DNA of 64,000 bases from Microgenomates group bacterium (GTDB lineage Bacteria > Patescibacteriota > Microgenomatia > Daviesbacterales > UBA10151): NCBI GenBank assembly GCA_041659805.1, contig JBAZXP010000001.1, positions 880,224 to 944,223 on the forward strand, written 5' to 3'. This document shows, in pieces, positions 39,449 to 49,856 of the stretch. The position numbers and the translations under genes were made by a program. Every line of letters begins with the position of its first letter. Within the stretch, counting starts at the first letter, position 1. Below the pieces are notes generated by a model. It saw nothing but the letters and a program-made list of their open reading frames with translations. It was not told the DNA's origin and did not search any database.

Positions 39449-41158
39449 TTAGTTGAAAGTAGTGTGCTTGTGGGAAAGTTTGTTAAGCTCAATTTTAGAA
39501 CGGTCTTTGAAAAAATCCATATTAGGCCAATGGTTTCTAAGCATTTGAGTCACAAAATCACCGGAAACTACATCCGGCAGGATCACATAATCAACTCCAA
39601 CCTTGTAAAGAGCCTTTGCTTCTTCCTGGTCTGTGGCCCTAATCACAATTGCTGCTCTGGAATTCTTACGTCGGAGTTCTGTAGCCAACACCAAGTTATC
39701 TTCAGGGCTATCTGTTGTGGAAATAATTAACTTTGCCCTGTGCAAATCCAAAAACTCCAAAACCTCAGGGTCTCCGATATCCCCAAATAGCACATGCACT
39801 CTTTCGCTAACTAATTTTTTTACAACATCCGGATCTATATCAACCACCAAAAAAGGGATTCCTTCACGTTTTAAATACTTTATTATTTCACCGCCCATCC
39901 ATTTTGCTCCGACTAAAACTACATGATCTTCCATGGAGGCTGATTTTTTCTCTATTGGTTTAGTTGATCCTCCGTGCTCAAAAAACCCGACGAAGTCCTC
40001 CATTTTTTCATAAATCTGTCTTGAATAAGAGATTAAGATAGATGAAAAGATTATAGAAATAACCCCTACCAATGCCATAGCAGTTAACGTACTTTGAGGA
40101 ACCATACCAAGACGCACACCAACTACCATAATTATTAATGAGAACTCAGAAATTTGAGAAAGATTAATTGCTGTTTGAAACATTGTATGTTTACGGAAAC
40201 CAAAAGATCCCAAAATTAAAAGAAATATTAACGGCTTAATAACTATGGCATAGAGAGTAAAAAGAATTATGATTGGTAATACCTCTGAAACATTAGAAAA
40301 CATGACCTGAGAACCTAAATACACAAAAAATAAGGTCACAAAAAAATCACGGAGCGGTTTAACTTTACCCTGAATTTCAAAATGAAATGGCGAATTAGCT
40401 AAAGCTATTCCTGCCAAAAACGCACCGATTACTACTGAAAAGCCCATTGCTTGTGCTAAAACAATATAAATAAAACACCAAGCCAAAGAGGATAAAAATA
40501 AAAGCTCTGCAGATTTAGCTACCGCATTAAAAATTTTGGTTAAAAAATACCGGGATAATATTATTGACAGTAGGAAAAGCAGGATTCCTTTTGCAAACAA
40601 GGCAACCAGAGGTAAGCTGCTTTGCAGACCGGTATGTGCAAAAGAGGAAGAAACAGTCATGGCCATTAAAACCATGATTGCAACTAAATCTTCCACCAAT
40701 AAAATACCGATACTTAATTTCCCGTATAAAGAGCTGAGATCTTTTTTCTCAAGCAGCATTTTAACTACAACTATAGTTGAAGAAAATGAAAGTCCAGCAC
40801 CTAAGTAAAAACTAACAGTTTGCGAGTATCCTAAGAATGTTGAAATTAAAAATCCAGTTAAAAAAGCAAATAAAATTTGCCCCAATGAGGCTGCAGCAAT
40901 AGGCTTGCCTAAGGATTTTAATTCTTTCAGATCAAGCTCCATTCCGATAAAGAACAATACAAAAGCCACACCAATATCAGGTAAAAATGTGGCGAACTGA
41001 AAAGTGGCTGAATTAAAAATTTGAAAAAGAGATAAAATTACTCCAGCTACCAAATAAGCAATAACCAAGGGAAACTTAAAAATCCTGACTAAAAACCCCA
41101 AGACAGATGATAAACCCAAAACTATTGCCAGTTGTATAAATAAAGAGCTTGATGCCAT
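39449..41158 (-). CDS. Kef-type K+/H+ antiporter (CPA2 family) with a C-terminal RCK/TrkA-N domain
   Basis: About 12 TM helices, then VVLVGAKWMGGEIIKYLKREGIPFLVVDID, a Rossmann-type regulatory domain. Confidence 0.8.
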   Translation of the reverse strand: MASSSLFIQLAIVLGLSSVLGFLVRIFKFPLVIAYLVAGVILSLFQIFNSATFQFATFLPDIGVAFVLFFIGMELDLKELKSLGKPIAAASLGQILFAFLTGFLISTFLGYSQTVSFYLGAGLSFSSTIVVVKMLLEKKDLSSLYGKLSIGILLVEDLVAIMVLMAMTVSSSFAHTGLQSSLPLVALFAKGILLFLLSIILSRYFLTKIFNAVAKSAELLFLSSLAWCFIYIVLAQAMGFSVVIGAFLAGIALANSPFHFEIQGKVKPLRDFFVTLFFVYLGSQVMFSNVSEVLPIIILFTLYAIVIKPLIFLLILGSFGFRKHTMFQTAINLSQISEFSLIIMVVGVRLGMVPQSTLTAMALVGVISIIFSSILISYSRQIYEKMEDFVGFFEHGGSTKPIEKKSASMEDHVVLVGAKWMGGEIIKYLKREGIPFLVVDIDPDVVKKLVSERVHVLFGDIGDPEVLEFLDLHRAKLIISTTDSPEDNLVLATELRRKNSRAAIVIRATDQEEAKALYKVGVDYVILPDVVSGDFVTQMLRNHWPNMDFFKDRSKIELNKLSHKHTTFN

Positions 41159-41164
41159 AAAATA

Positions 41165-41947
41165 TTATTTTACTTCTTGTAAGCTATCCAACGCTTCCTG
41201 CAAATCTTTTGGAAGAGGACTATCAAAGCTCATCCTTTTTGCAGTTTGAGGGTGGTTAAATTCAAGATGAGCAGCATGCAAAAACTGCCTACTAATCCAT
41301 CTATGATCTAATCTGGTGGTTTTTCTGCCACCGTATTTATCATCCCCCACTATTGGAAAACCTAGGTATTTTAAATGTACCCTAATTTGATGTGTCCGTC
41401 CAGTCAGGGGATAACACCTAACCAGGGTAAATTCTTTGTAATTCATGGCTCCCAGTTTCCTTATTTGGATTTTTGAATAATCAGAAAATAACTCTGACAG
41501 TTTTTCATCACTGAATTCAAATCTTTCGATTGGTTTATACTCCGTCACTGCTTCCCGAGCGTTTATCCCCTCACTTTTAAACTTAAGCTGATCTATTGTG
41601 GTAAATTTTTCACGGTCTCCGGGATGTCTTAAAATGCTGGCGTTAACCATCCCCTCTTTCACGATACAACCATGAACTAAAGCCAGATACTCTTTTTTAA
41701 CCCCCCGTTCCTTAAACTGGGTTTGCAAACTCTCTAAAGAGCTTTCTGTCTTAGCAACTACCAGTAAACCTGAGGTATCTTTATCAAGCCGATGAACAAT
41801 TCCTCCTCTCTCAATATTAATTTTAAATTCTGAAACAAGGATATCCTGTAAGGAAGGTTCTATTTGCGTTTCCGAAGAAGTAGTTACAAGTCCTGCAGGC
41901 TTTTCAATCACCAAAAGGCTGTCATCTTGAAAAACTACAGGAATCAT
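41165..41947 (-). CDS. RluA-family pseudouridine synthase
   Basis: HRLDKDTSGLLVVAK catalytic-Asp motif. Confidence 0.8.
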   Translation of the reverse strand: MIPVVFQDDSLLVIEKPAGLVTTSSETQIEPSLQDILVSEFKINIERGGIVHRLDKDTSGLLVVAKTESSLESLQTQFKERGVKKEYLALVHGCIVKEGMVNASILRHPGDREKFTTIDQLKFKSEGINAREAVTEYKPIERFEFSDEKLSELFSDYSKIQIRKLGAMNYKEFTLVRCYPLTGRTHQIRVHLKYLGFPIVGDDKYGGRKTTRLDHRWISRQFLHAAHLEFNHPQTAKRMSFDSPLPKDLQEALDSLQEVK

Positions 41948-42327
41948 TATTTAGATAAAAAATTCTTAATTTCTTTTATAACTTCTTCAGGATTTAAGGC
42001 TGATTTTATTAAATACCCGGAAGCTCCTAAACTAAAAGCCTCATTGATAATTGTATTATTTCCTAAGTTTGTCAAAACAATAATGGGACCAATATTTAAA
42101 GATGATGATTTAAGGTTGAGGTTTTTTAAAATTTGTATCCCGTCCATTTTAGGTAACATAATATCCAACAAAACAATATTCCACCCACCCTGTTTAATTT
42201 TGTCCAAAGCCATCTCCCCGTCAGACGCTGTTTCAACCTTATACCCTTCCTGAGTGAATAACTCCTCGTAAAATTCTCTTATAAACTGATCGTCCTCGAC
42301 AATTAATATTCTTGTGGTGTTTGCCAT
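41947..42327 (-). CDS. single-domain response regulator (CheY-like receiver)
   Basis: ILIVEDD...LLDIMLPKMDG...receiver fold. It is adjacent to the histidine kinase. Confidence 0.75.
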   Translation of the reverse strand: MANTTRILIVEDDQFIREFYEELFTQEGYKVETASDGEMALDKIKQGGWNIVLLDIMLPKMDGIQILKNLNLKSSSLNIGPIIVLTNLGNNTIINEAFSLGASGYLIKSALNPEEVIKEIKNFLSK

Positions 42328-42376
42328 ATATTAAATATATATCATAATCCAGTAAATACTTACATACATCCGTTTA

Positions 42377-44611
42377 CTAAATTGTTACCATAGCTAATTC
42401 CTTAGCTTCTCCGATAGGTTTTTTAGCATAGTGTTCAGCATTAGCCAATACTTCAGGTGTTAAAACCGGAAGAGTAAAAGTAAATGTCGACCCTTTCCCT
42501 GTTCCTTCTGAAACAGCCCAAATTTTACCATGCATCAAATCTATCAAGCTTTTCGAAATAAATAGACCAAGACCAGTTCCTCCGGAAGTAGCTGCTGCAG
42601 CATAAGAATTATCTAACCTCCCGAATTTCTGGAATAATTTAGCCAAATCGTCCCTGGAAATTCCCACTCCGTTGTCACGGATTGATGCTTCCACTACTTT
42701 ACCATCGGTAAAAAAACTAATAGAAACTTTTCCGTCAACCGGAGTAAACTTCAAAGCGTTACCCAACAAATTTAAGATCACCTGAGTTATCTTATCCGGA
42801 TCAGCAAAAACAGTCGGAACCTTGCTTTTAACAACTTCTACTTTTATATTCTTTTCACCTGCTTTTGGTAAGACCATTGAGACAATTTCTTCTGCTAAAG
42901 ACTGAATATCAAACTCTTTTGGTTTAATTTCAATACTGCCTGATTCAATTCGGGAAACATTCAACATATCATTTACTAAATTAATCAAACGTTCTGTTGA
43001 AATATATGCCCTGGATAAATATTTTTCCATTTTCAGGGATAATGGAGAATCCGGTCTTTTGAGTGCCATCCAAAGATAAGACCTAATGGCTGTCATAGGA
43101 GTGCGAAGCTCATGGGAAGCTATACTTACAAAATCATTTTTTAAACGGTCAAGTTCTTTTAAGCGTAAATTAGCTTTTTGTAAATCAAAAGTTGCCTTTT
43201 TAACCTCTTCTTCTAAAGTAACATTAAAGCGCTTTATTTTTTCATAAGACTCTGCATTTTGAATAGCCACAGAAAGCTCCGGTGACAAAATATCAAATAC
43301 TTTTAGATCCCTTTCTGCATATGTTTCTCCTGAAGATTTTTCACCCAATATCAAAGAACCGACAACATCATTATTAATATGTAAGACCTTAACAATAGAT
43401 ATTCCCAACACCCTCATAGAGTCTTTTAACTTACCTTCTTCCAAATCATCAAAAACAACAATTTTGTGTATATCTAAATCAAATGTAAAACAACAGTTAA
43501 AAGTTGTGAGTTGTTGGGTAAATCCTTCTGAAATAATTTCATACTGATTATTACTTGTATTTAAAATTAATGCACCCCTGGAAATCCTCATTTCTTTTAG
43601 AATTGACTGTAGCGTTTGACTCACAAGGGGTCTGATTTCTATATTTGTACTCATAATATGGGATAAAACAGAAAGAACCTGATTTTCATCATAATGGCTG
43701 TGATAAAAAATCCTGTCGGTAAACCTCTCCAACATTTCCTTAAGAGATTGAAAAGTAAAAGCGACAAATAAAGTCAAGGTTGTTGAAATAACCAAACTAA
43801 TGACACTAGTTTGCTGTTTGATAAGATAAGTACTTACAAGAAATAGACCCCCTGTATAAAAAGAACCGATAATTACAAGCAAAACTATATAAGCAACCGA
43901 GCGCGCCACAATAAAACGTATGTCCAAAAAATGATGTCTGACAATTACATAAGTTGCAACAAAAGTGAAAAATAGACTGGCGACACTACTTGTCGAAAAT
44001 AAACTCGTGTTATTATAGGCAATCGGTAAAATAATATCGGAGATTGTTGCAAAAATACCAAATAAACTAAAGCTACTTAAAAAATATATTAGCTGAGTTC
44101 TGTTTCTTCCTTGAAGATTTTTAATATTAAGTAAAAAAATACTAATAGCCAAAAATAATTCACCCCAAATAGCAGATGCCCACCAAATATAATTTTTACC
44201 GATAACTGTATGCAAACCTTTAACAGGATCTATAACTACATCTACTACCCAGGTATCGGTAAAAAATAAAAGATAAACTGTTAAACTTATAAAAAACAAG
44301 CTATAGAGACCGCCTACAGGCCATAATCGCCTGAAAGATGGTTTTGGAAAAATAAAGGCAAATGCCATAATAGAGATTTCATTTATCGAAATTACCAAAT
44401 AAGTTGCCTTAATCCAAAAAATACTGTTAAAAATAACAGGAAATTCATAAAACAGCAAACAAAAAGCCCAAACACCGTAAAGAAAACTAATAAAGAAAAA
44501 AATCTGGTTGATTAAATTCTTGGAGTTACGTCCTAAAACCAAAAACGCCAAGAATATATTGATTATTCCTGTTAAAGAGATAACTGTAACTTTAATTAAA
44601 TCTAAGGGCAT
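42377..44611 (-). CDS. sensor histidine kinase with an N-terminal multi-TM sensor domain
   Basis: At least 7 TM helices, a central GAF-like region, an H-box SHELRTPMTAIRSYL, and an HATPase G-box GTGLGLFISKSLIDLMHGKIWAVSEGTGKGSTFTF. Confidence 0.8.
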   Translation of the reverse strand: MPLDLIKVTVISLTGIINIFLAFLVLGRNSKNLINQIFFFISFLYGVWAFCLLFYEFPVIFNSIFWIKATYLVISINEISIMAFAFIFPKPSFRRLWPVGGLYSLFFISLTVYLLFFTDTWVVDVVIDPVKGLHTVIGKNYIWWASAIWGELFLAISIFLLNIKNLQGRNRTQLIYFLSSFSLFGIFATISDIILPIAYNNTSLFSTSSVASLFFTFVATYVIVRHHFLDIRFIVARSVAYIVLLVIIGSFYTGGLFLVSTYLIKQQTSVISLVISTTLTLFVAFTFQSLKEMLERFTDRIFYHSHYDENQVLSVLSHIMSTNIEIRPLVSQTLQSILKEMRISRGALILNTSNNQYEIISEGFTQQLTTFNCCFTFDLDIHKIVVFDDLEEGKLKDSMRVLGISIVKVLHINNDVVGSLILGEKSSGETYAERDLKVFDILSPELSVAIQNAESYEKIKRFNVTLEEEVKKATFDLQKANLRLKELDRLKNDFVSIASHELRTPMTAIRSYLWMALKRPDSPLSLKMEKYLSRAYISTERLINLVNDMLNVSRIESGSIEIKPKEFDIQSLAEEIVSMVLPKAGEKNIKVEVVKSKVPTVFADPDKITQVILNLLGNALKFTPVDGKVSISFFTDGKVVEASIRDNGVGISRDDLAKLFQKFGRLDNSYAAAATSGGTGLGLFISKSLIDLMHGKIWAVSEGTGKGSTFTFTLPVLTPEVLANAEHYAKKPIGEAKELAMVTI

Positions 44612-44650
44612 TAAGATTTATTATAGCGGGAAGTAGATAAAATAAAAATA

Positions 44651-46081
44651 CTAGCGGACTTTTTGAAGGGCTTCAAAAACTTCTTTGCTCGAAGTTGTAG
44701 TAGAAGTTACAAGTAAAGGGTTTGTATATTTTACGATATTAAAAAACCGTGGAGCATTACTTAAATAGCTTCCAACAACTCTGTATAAATCATCAAGGTC
44801 AGCAAATGTCTTCCCCTCTCCTATTTGTGAAAATAGTCCTTTTTCATGTATCTTCCTGACTTCTTCCCCATTCCTCCGGAGCATTGCCATTGGCAACATA
44901 CCTGATCTTTCAGCTACTTTAGTCGCTGTATTAAATGCAACCGTATTATATAAACCATATTTTTCGGCAGCATAGACAGGCACACCAAGTCCTGCAACCG
45001 ACTCCCATTTACGGACAGGATCAGTTGCAAATTCTAATAAGCTGTATTGTTCATTAAAAGTTCTTCTGATTGCAGGTAAATAACGCTTGTCATCTTCAGT
45101 TGCCTGATCCGTTAGCTCCCAAGCCCATGGTTCTACAAAATATTTACCGTCTCTTTTAAAAACAGTGGCTTTACCTTCCAACTCTGCTCCTGGTTGAGGT
45201 ATTTGTACAATTCCATTACTCGCATTATAAATTTCATCATCCAATAGTAGAGTAGTTCTATAAACATCCCCAAAGATTGTTTCTTTTGCCTCACCTTCCA
45301 GTTTTAGGTTTACCCCTGTATATCCATCAAAATATAAAAGACGGCTGGATTTTAAAGGCAAAATCCCGGATGTAATATTTTCTTCAGTTATTTCAATCGG
45401 TGAATGAATAACATCACCATTAATACCTGCAACACCACAATGACTCATTAGCCATTCAACAGTTCCTGCCGGACCACCATCGTATTGAGAAGCAAGGGAT
45501 AAAACTGAAATATCGCCCTTTACTCCATTCAGATAGTTATGGTCACCTGGGTATATTTCAATTCCTTCTGAATTCAACAAACCTGCATTTTCAAAAGCTA
45601 AGACTGATGCCTTAGCTGCTGCTACAATAAAGGGAATATTATCAAGACCCTTCATAAATCCCGGTTGCAACTTCTTAGGCATCTGCGGCAGATGTGCACA
45701 AAAAGAAGTCCCTAGTTCTATCATTGAATAGCCTGGTCTTATTGCCCCACAAGCCATTAAAGCACCGATTGATTTGTGATAAAAATCAGGATGAAATGCT
45801 CCAGATAACATCACCAACCTTCCTACTTCTCCTTTAACTATTTCATCAGCAGGAATATGAGGGTTACATTCCCTCATTGATTTTTCAATTTCCGGTTGTT
45901 GGATAATACCAGTCACCCGCTGCAGTAAAGCACCATCAAATGTAGGAACATAGAGCTCGTTTGATGCAACAGGTGCATGGTAACTTCTTCTTATCAAGGA
46001 TTGTTCTATCATTTTCTTTAGATTTGAATAATTGTACTGTTCGAACCGTAAATTTTCAATATCCCCTTGTATAGCAATCAA
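44651..46081 (-). CDS. conserved hypothetical protein (476 aa), family not recognised
   Basis: Long clean ORF with codon usage consistent with its neighbours. I do not recognise a motif. Confidence 0.5.
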   Translation of the reverse strand: MIAIQGDIENLRFEQYNYSNLKKMIEQSLIRRSYHAPVASNELYVPTFDGALLQRVTGIIQQPEIEKSMRECNPHIPADEIVKGEVGRLVMLSGAFHPDFYHKSIGALMACGAIRPGYSMIELGTSFCAHLPQMPKKLQPGFMKGLDNIPFIVAAAKASVLAFENAGLLNSEGIEIYPGDHNYLNGVKGDISVLSLASQYDGGPAGTVEWLMSHCGVAGINGDVIHSPIEITEENITSGILPLKSSRLLYFDGYTGVNLKLEGEAKETIFGDVYRTTLLLDDEIYNASNGIVQIPQPGAELEGKATVFKRDGKYFVEPWAWELTDQATEDDKRYLPAIRRTFNEQYSLLEFATDPVRKWESVAGLGVPVYAAEKYGLYNTVAFNTATKVAERSGMLPMAMLRRNGEEVRKIHEKGLFSQIGEGKTFADLDDLYRVVGSYLSNAPRFFNIVKYTNPLLVTSTTTSSKEVFEALQKVR

Positions 46082-46106
46082 AGAACCAATTAGTTAAAAT
46101 AAATAA

Positions 46107-46550
46107 ATGAAATCTATAAAATCAGATGATTTTGAATGTATAAATTGCTACAAAAAGATAAGTGCCTCTGCTATTGGGACTGCAAACAGAAATCATTGCC
46201 CTGATTGTTTATATTCAAAACATGTTGATTTTTGTTCACCAGGTGACCGCAAAGCAACTTGTCAACAAAAAATGAAACCGATCGGGCTTACTTTTAAAAA
46301 CGAAGGCAAAGACAAATATGGAAATGACAAACATGGAGAAATTATGATTATCCATCAATGTTTGGGCTGTAATAGAATATCGATTAACAGGATTGCGGGC
46401 GATGATGATCCCCAATCAATCTTTGATATTTTAAATGAATCAAAAAACCTTGATTTATCTTCCAAACTTGAACTTGAATCAGCCAATATAAGATTAATAA
46501 CCGACTCTGATCTAAACGAGGTGAATACCCAGCTATTCGGCAAAAAATAG
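46107..46550 (+). CDS. RNHCP-domain zinc-ribbon protein
   Basis: Contains the literal RNHCPDC motif plus additional CxxC pairs (CINC...CPDC...CLGC). Confidence 0.6.
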   Translation: MKSIKSDDFECINCYKKISASAIGTANRNHCPDCLYSKHVDFCSPGDRKATCQQKMKPIGLTFKNEGKDKYGNDKHGEIMIIHQCLGCNRISINRIAGDDDPQSIFDILNESKNLDLSSKLELESANIRLITDSDLNEVNTQLFGKK

Positions 46551-46561
46551 TATAATTAGAA

Positions 46562-47152
46562 ATGGAACAAACAGGAAAATTAATTGTTATCACAGGTGCC
46601 ACTGTTTCCGGCAAAGATACAGTTGTTGCTTCCCTTCTAAAGGCCCACCCTTTCTGGAAAAGAGTTGTAACCACCACAACCAGACCCATCAGAACCGAAG
46701 AAACCAATGGAATTGACTACAATTTTATTGATAAAGAAACATTCCAAAAGATGAAGGAAAATGATGAATTCCTTGAAACGGTTGAGTATGCAGATAATTA
46801 TTATGGCACTACAAAATCTATTTTAGACCCGGCTCTACAAGGTCAGATTCTTATCTGGAGAATTGATGCTTCCCGTGCTGCACAAGTTAACAAACTATTT
46901 GAGGATTCGTTTGACGCCAAAATTGCTAATTATTTAAAAGCCAACACAAAAGTCATTTATCTTAAGTTGGAAAATAATTCAGTCCGACAAAAACATTTTT
47001 TAGAAAGAGGCATGATTAAAGACGATATCAATAAAAGACTTAAACAAGATGAAATCGATTATCACGTCGGTAATTTTAAAAATATAGTTATAAATTACGA
47101 AGGAAAGCTGGAACAAACTATGGCAAGTGTAGAAGAAATTATAAATTCTTAA
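46562..47152 (+). CDS. gmk: guanylate kinase-like protein
   Basis: GATVSGKDT P-loop and TTTRPIRTEETNGIDYNFIDKETF (GMP-binding TTR motif). Confidence 0.7.
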   Translation: MEQTGKLIVITGATVSGKDTVVASLLKAHPFWKRVVTTTTRPIRTEETNGIDYNFIDKETFQKMKENDEFLETVEYADNYYGTTKSILDPALQGQILIWRIDASRAAQVNKLFEDSFDAKIANYLKANTKVIYLKLENNSVRQKHFLERGMIKDDINKRLKQDEIDYHVGNFKNIVINYEGKLEQTMASVEEIINS

Positions 47153-47526
47153 ACGTGTTCTACAATATAATTTTTAACTTCTGCCACAAATTGATCAGGG
47201 GTTAATTCCGGTTTATGCAAAAACCCACTGGCTCCCAATGATATTGCTTCATTGATTACTGTATTTTGATCTAAGGCAGACAACATAACAATCGGTCCGT
47301 TTTTTGGAGGAGGGTTAATAGCTTTTAATCTTCTAAGTACCTCTAGCCCGTCAATCTTTGGCATCATGATATCCAAAATAATTAAATCATAACCCCCGGC
47401 AGTAATTTTTGCCAAAGCTGTCTGCCCATCAACTGCTGTTTCAACAATATAGCCTGCAGTGATTAGAAGCTCTTCATAGAGATTACGTAATTCAGTATCA
47501 TCATCTACTAATAATATTCTGGCCAT
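47149..47526 (-). CDS. single-domain response regulator (CheY-like receiver), paralog of 41947..42327
   Basis: ILLVDDD...LILDIMMPKIDG. About 45% identity to the other receiver. Confidence 0.75.
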   Translation of the reverse strand: MARILLVDDDTELRNLYEELLITAGYIVETAVDGQTALAKITAGGYDLIILDIMMPKIDGLEVLRRLKAINPPPKNGPIVMLSALDQNTVINEAISLGASGFLHKPELTPDQFVAEVKNYIVEHV

Positions 47527-47539
47527 ATATTTTTAATTA

Positions 47540-47902
47540 TTACCTATTTTTCTTTTTAGAGCAAGACAGGCAAAGAGTGGCAGTAGGCATAGCTTCAAGC
47601 CTTTCTATCTCTATCTGTTTGCCACAATTTTCACATTTCCCATAAGTTCCTTTTTTAAGTTTAACTAAGGATTCTGCAATTCTCTTTGAGAGGTAGGTCA
47701 AATCACCTTTCACCATTGAAAGCCTGCTATGAACATCTGCCATCCAGGAATCTGTACCTGATTCAGAAGCTTCAGGAGCCAAATCTTTATTGGTAACAGG
47801 ATCGTCTTTTTCGATTCCTTCAAGTTGTTTTTCAACAGACTTTTTCTGCCTTTGCAGCACTTTTTTAATCTTATTAATAGTTTCTCGGGGTAGATTTAAC
47901 AT
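47540..47902 (-). CDS. DksA/TraR-family C4-type zinc-finger protein
   Basis: Coiled-coil N-terminus and C-terminal CENCGKQIEIERLEAMPTATLCLSC. Confidence 0.7.
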   Translation of the reverse strand: MLNLPRETINKIKKVLQRQKKSVEKQLEGIEKDDPVTNKDLAPEASESGTDSWMADVHSRLSMVKGDLTYLSKRIAESLVKLKKGTYGKCENCGKQIEIERLEAMPTATLCLSCSKKKNR

Positions 47903-48854
47903 TTAGCTTTTTCTTAAGTTTCCTTGGAAGTACTCTTAGGTTAGTTTTTGTTGTTCCGAACCTGATCCTCCAACTTATTTTAGCATTATAACAATGTTTA
48001 ATTAATCTTTGTAGTACCAAGTTTCGCTTTTTACCCGAGGTCATTGCACGGGCAATTAGCGATAAATCCTGTATAAAAACCCTTTTAGAACGATTATAAA
48101 ATACGACCACACCGATAATAAATATTACTAGCGGCGCAAGAGCATCCTGGAAATAACCGCCCCGCAATAAATACTCTGCAAGAAACCTTTCCAGACCCAA
48201 AAGCATCAGAGTAATTGATACGATTTTCCCGTTGAAATGAAAACGGGTAGCATTTTTCCATAGCCAAAAGAAAAATAATAAGTATATAAAACTTTCAAAA
48301 ATATTTACAGGAAGTCTTTTGCCGATTAAACCTACCACAGGTACTGCAACCGGCAAAGAAGAAACTACTCCATAACCACACCCTCCAAGAAAACAACCGA
48401 AGCTGCCAAAAACCAAGCCCATCATAAGCCCCACAGCAGCCATGTCAGCAATCTGCCAAAAATTTAATTTAGCCCTCATGGTTAATAACTTAAGTGTAAG
48501 CACACCACCAATCAGCGCACCCCATAAAGCAAGCCCCGGATAAAGATTAATCAAAAAAATATGGGAAAGATTAGTAAAATATCGGAGATTCAAGAGTATA
48601 AAATATGCTCTTGCAAAAATTAAACCTCCGAAAAAAGTAAGCAAACCTAAATCTAAAATTTTACTTTCATCCAGATCATATGCTTTAGCCAGTCTCCATG
48701 CAACAAAAGTAGCAGCTAAAAAACCCAGGGCTAAGAATAATCCGAAAGAAGAAACCGGAATGGCACCTATAGAAAATAAAATCGGTAACATAATTGGTAT
48801 GATACCAAATTTTGACTTATACTTCCTCCCCTTGTTATACTGATTATTAGACAA
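47874..48854 (-). CDS. lgt: prolipoprotein diacylglyceryl transferase-like membrane protein
   Basis: Multi-TM protein with Lgt-like segments (FGGLIFARAYFIL; G-rich GCFLGGCGYG). The assignment is tentative. Confidence 0.45.
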   Translation of the reverse strand: MSNNQYNKGRKYKSKFGIIPIMLPILFSIGAIPVSSFGLFLALGFLAATFVAWRLAKAYDLDESKILDLGLLTFFGGLIFARAYFILLNLRYFTNLSHIFLINLYPGLALWGALIGGVLTLKLLTMRAKLNFWQIADMAAVGLMMGLVFGSFGCFLGGCGYGVVSSLPVAVPVVGLIGKRLPVNIFESFIYLLFFFWLWKNATRFHFNGKIVSITLMLLGLERFLAEYLLRGGYFQDALAPLVIFIIGVVVFYNRSKRVFIQDLSLIARAMTSGKKRNLVLQRLIKHCYNAKISWRIRFGTTKTNLRVLPRKLKKKLNVKSTPRNY

Positions 48855-48859
48855 AAGTT

Positions 48860-49303
48860 ATGACTGCAACTGCACACGCATTAATCGGAGGAGCTGTTGC
48901 CTCAACAATATCCAGCCCGGAGCTTGGCTTAAGCCTTGCTTTTATTTCACACCCCCTGCTTGATCTAATCCCACATTGGGATTTTGCCAACAATTGGAGA
49001 ACAAAAAATAAAACAAAATTATTTATTGAGGCATCGCTTGATCTGTCCTTTGGAGTAATCCTGACTTATATATTATTTGGCCAGGGTGTAAATATGTGGT
49101 ATTTTTTTGGCTGTATCTTTGTGAGCGAAGTATGGGATATTATTGAAGCACCTTATTGGCTTCTTAATTGGAAATTCCCACCAATCTCCTGGGTTTATAA
49201 TATTCAATCAAGAATGCAGGGAAAAGCTCCGCTTCCATGGGGAATAATTACACAAATAGTAACTGTTGTGTTGGCAACAGTTGTACTACAAAGCCTTACT
49301 TAA
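48860..49303 (+). CDS. hypothetical membrane protein
   Basis: 147 aa with 3-4 TM helices. Confidence 0.4.
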   Translation: MTATAHALIGGAVASTISSPELGLSLAFISHPLLDLIPHWDFANNWRTKNKTKLFIEASLDLSFGVILTYILFGQGVNMWYFFGCIFVSEVWDIIEAPYWLLNWKFPPISWVYNIQSRMQGKAPLPWGIITQIVTVVLATVVLQSLT

Positions 49304-49856
49304 CTCTTTCAATATATTGACCTGAACGGGTATCTACTTTTACTTTATCTCCGACTTTCATAAACATCGGAACTTTAACAGTCAAACCATTATCCAAAGT
49401 TGCGTCTTTGTAAACATTGGAAACTGTATTTCCTTTTTCACCAGGACCTGTTTCTGAAATTTCATAGATTAGAGTATTCGGAAGCTCTAAACCAAGTGCA
49501 GTATCATCAGCCACAATCAATATAACATCCAGCCCGTCCTTTAGGAATTTACCAGCATCCCCCACTGTATCTTTGGAAATTGGGAATTGCTCAAATGAAA
49601 CAGGGTCCATGAAATTGTATGTTTCACCATCTGCATACAAAAACTGGGTTTTTTTCTTCTCTACTCCTGCTTCTTCAACCCTGGCTCCTGTGATAAAAGA
49701 TTTTTCTGATGTGGCTCCTGTTTTTAAATTTCTGATCTTAACTTTAATATTCCCTGATCCCCTACCCATTTTTATGTGCTCATAAGTAACAACCTGCCAG
49801 AGCTGGTTGTCTTCTTTAAAAACCACACCATTTCTTAAATCGTTTACGTTTATCAT
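49296..49856 (-). CDS. efp: translation elongation factor P
   Basis: MINVNDLRNGVVFKEDNQLWQVVTYEHIKMGRGSGNIKVKIRNLKTGA. The ATG overlaps the pepA TGA stop (ATGA). The track ORF extends to 49937. Confidence 0.85.
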   Translation of the reverse strand: MINVNDLRNGVVFKEDNQLWQVVTYEHIKMGRGSGNIKVKIRNLKTGATSEKSFITGARVEEAGVEKKKTQFLYADGETYNFMDPVSFEQFPISKDTVGDAGKFLKDGLDVILIVADDTALGLELPNTLIYEISETGPGEKGNTVSNVYKDATLDNGLTVKVPMFMKVGDKVKVDTRSGQYIERVK

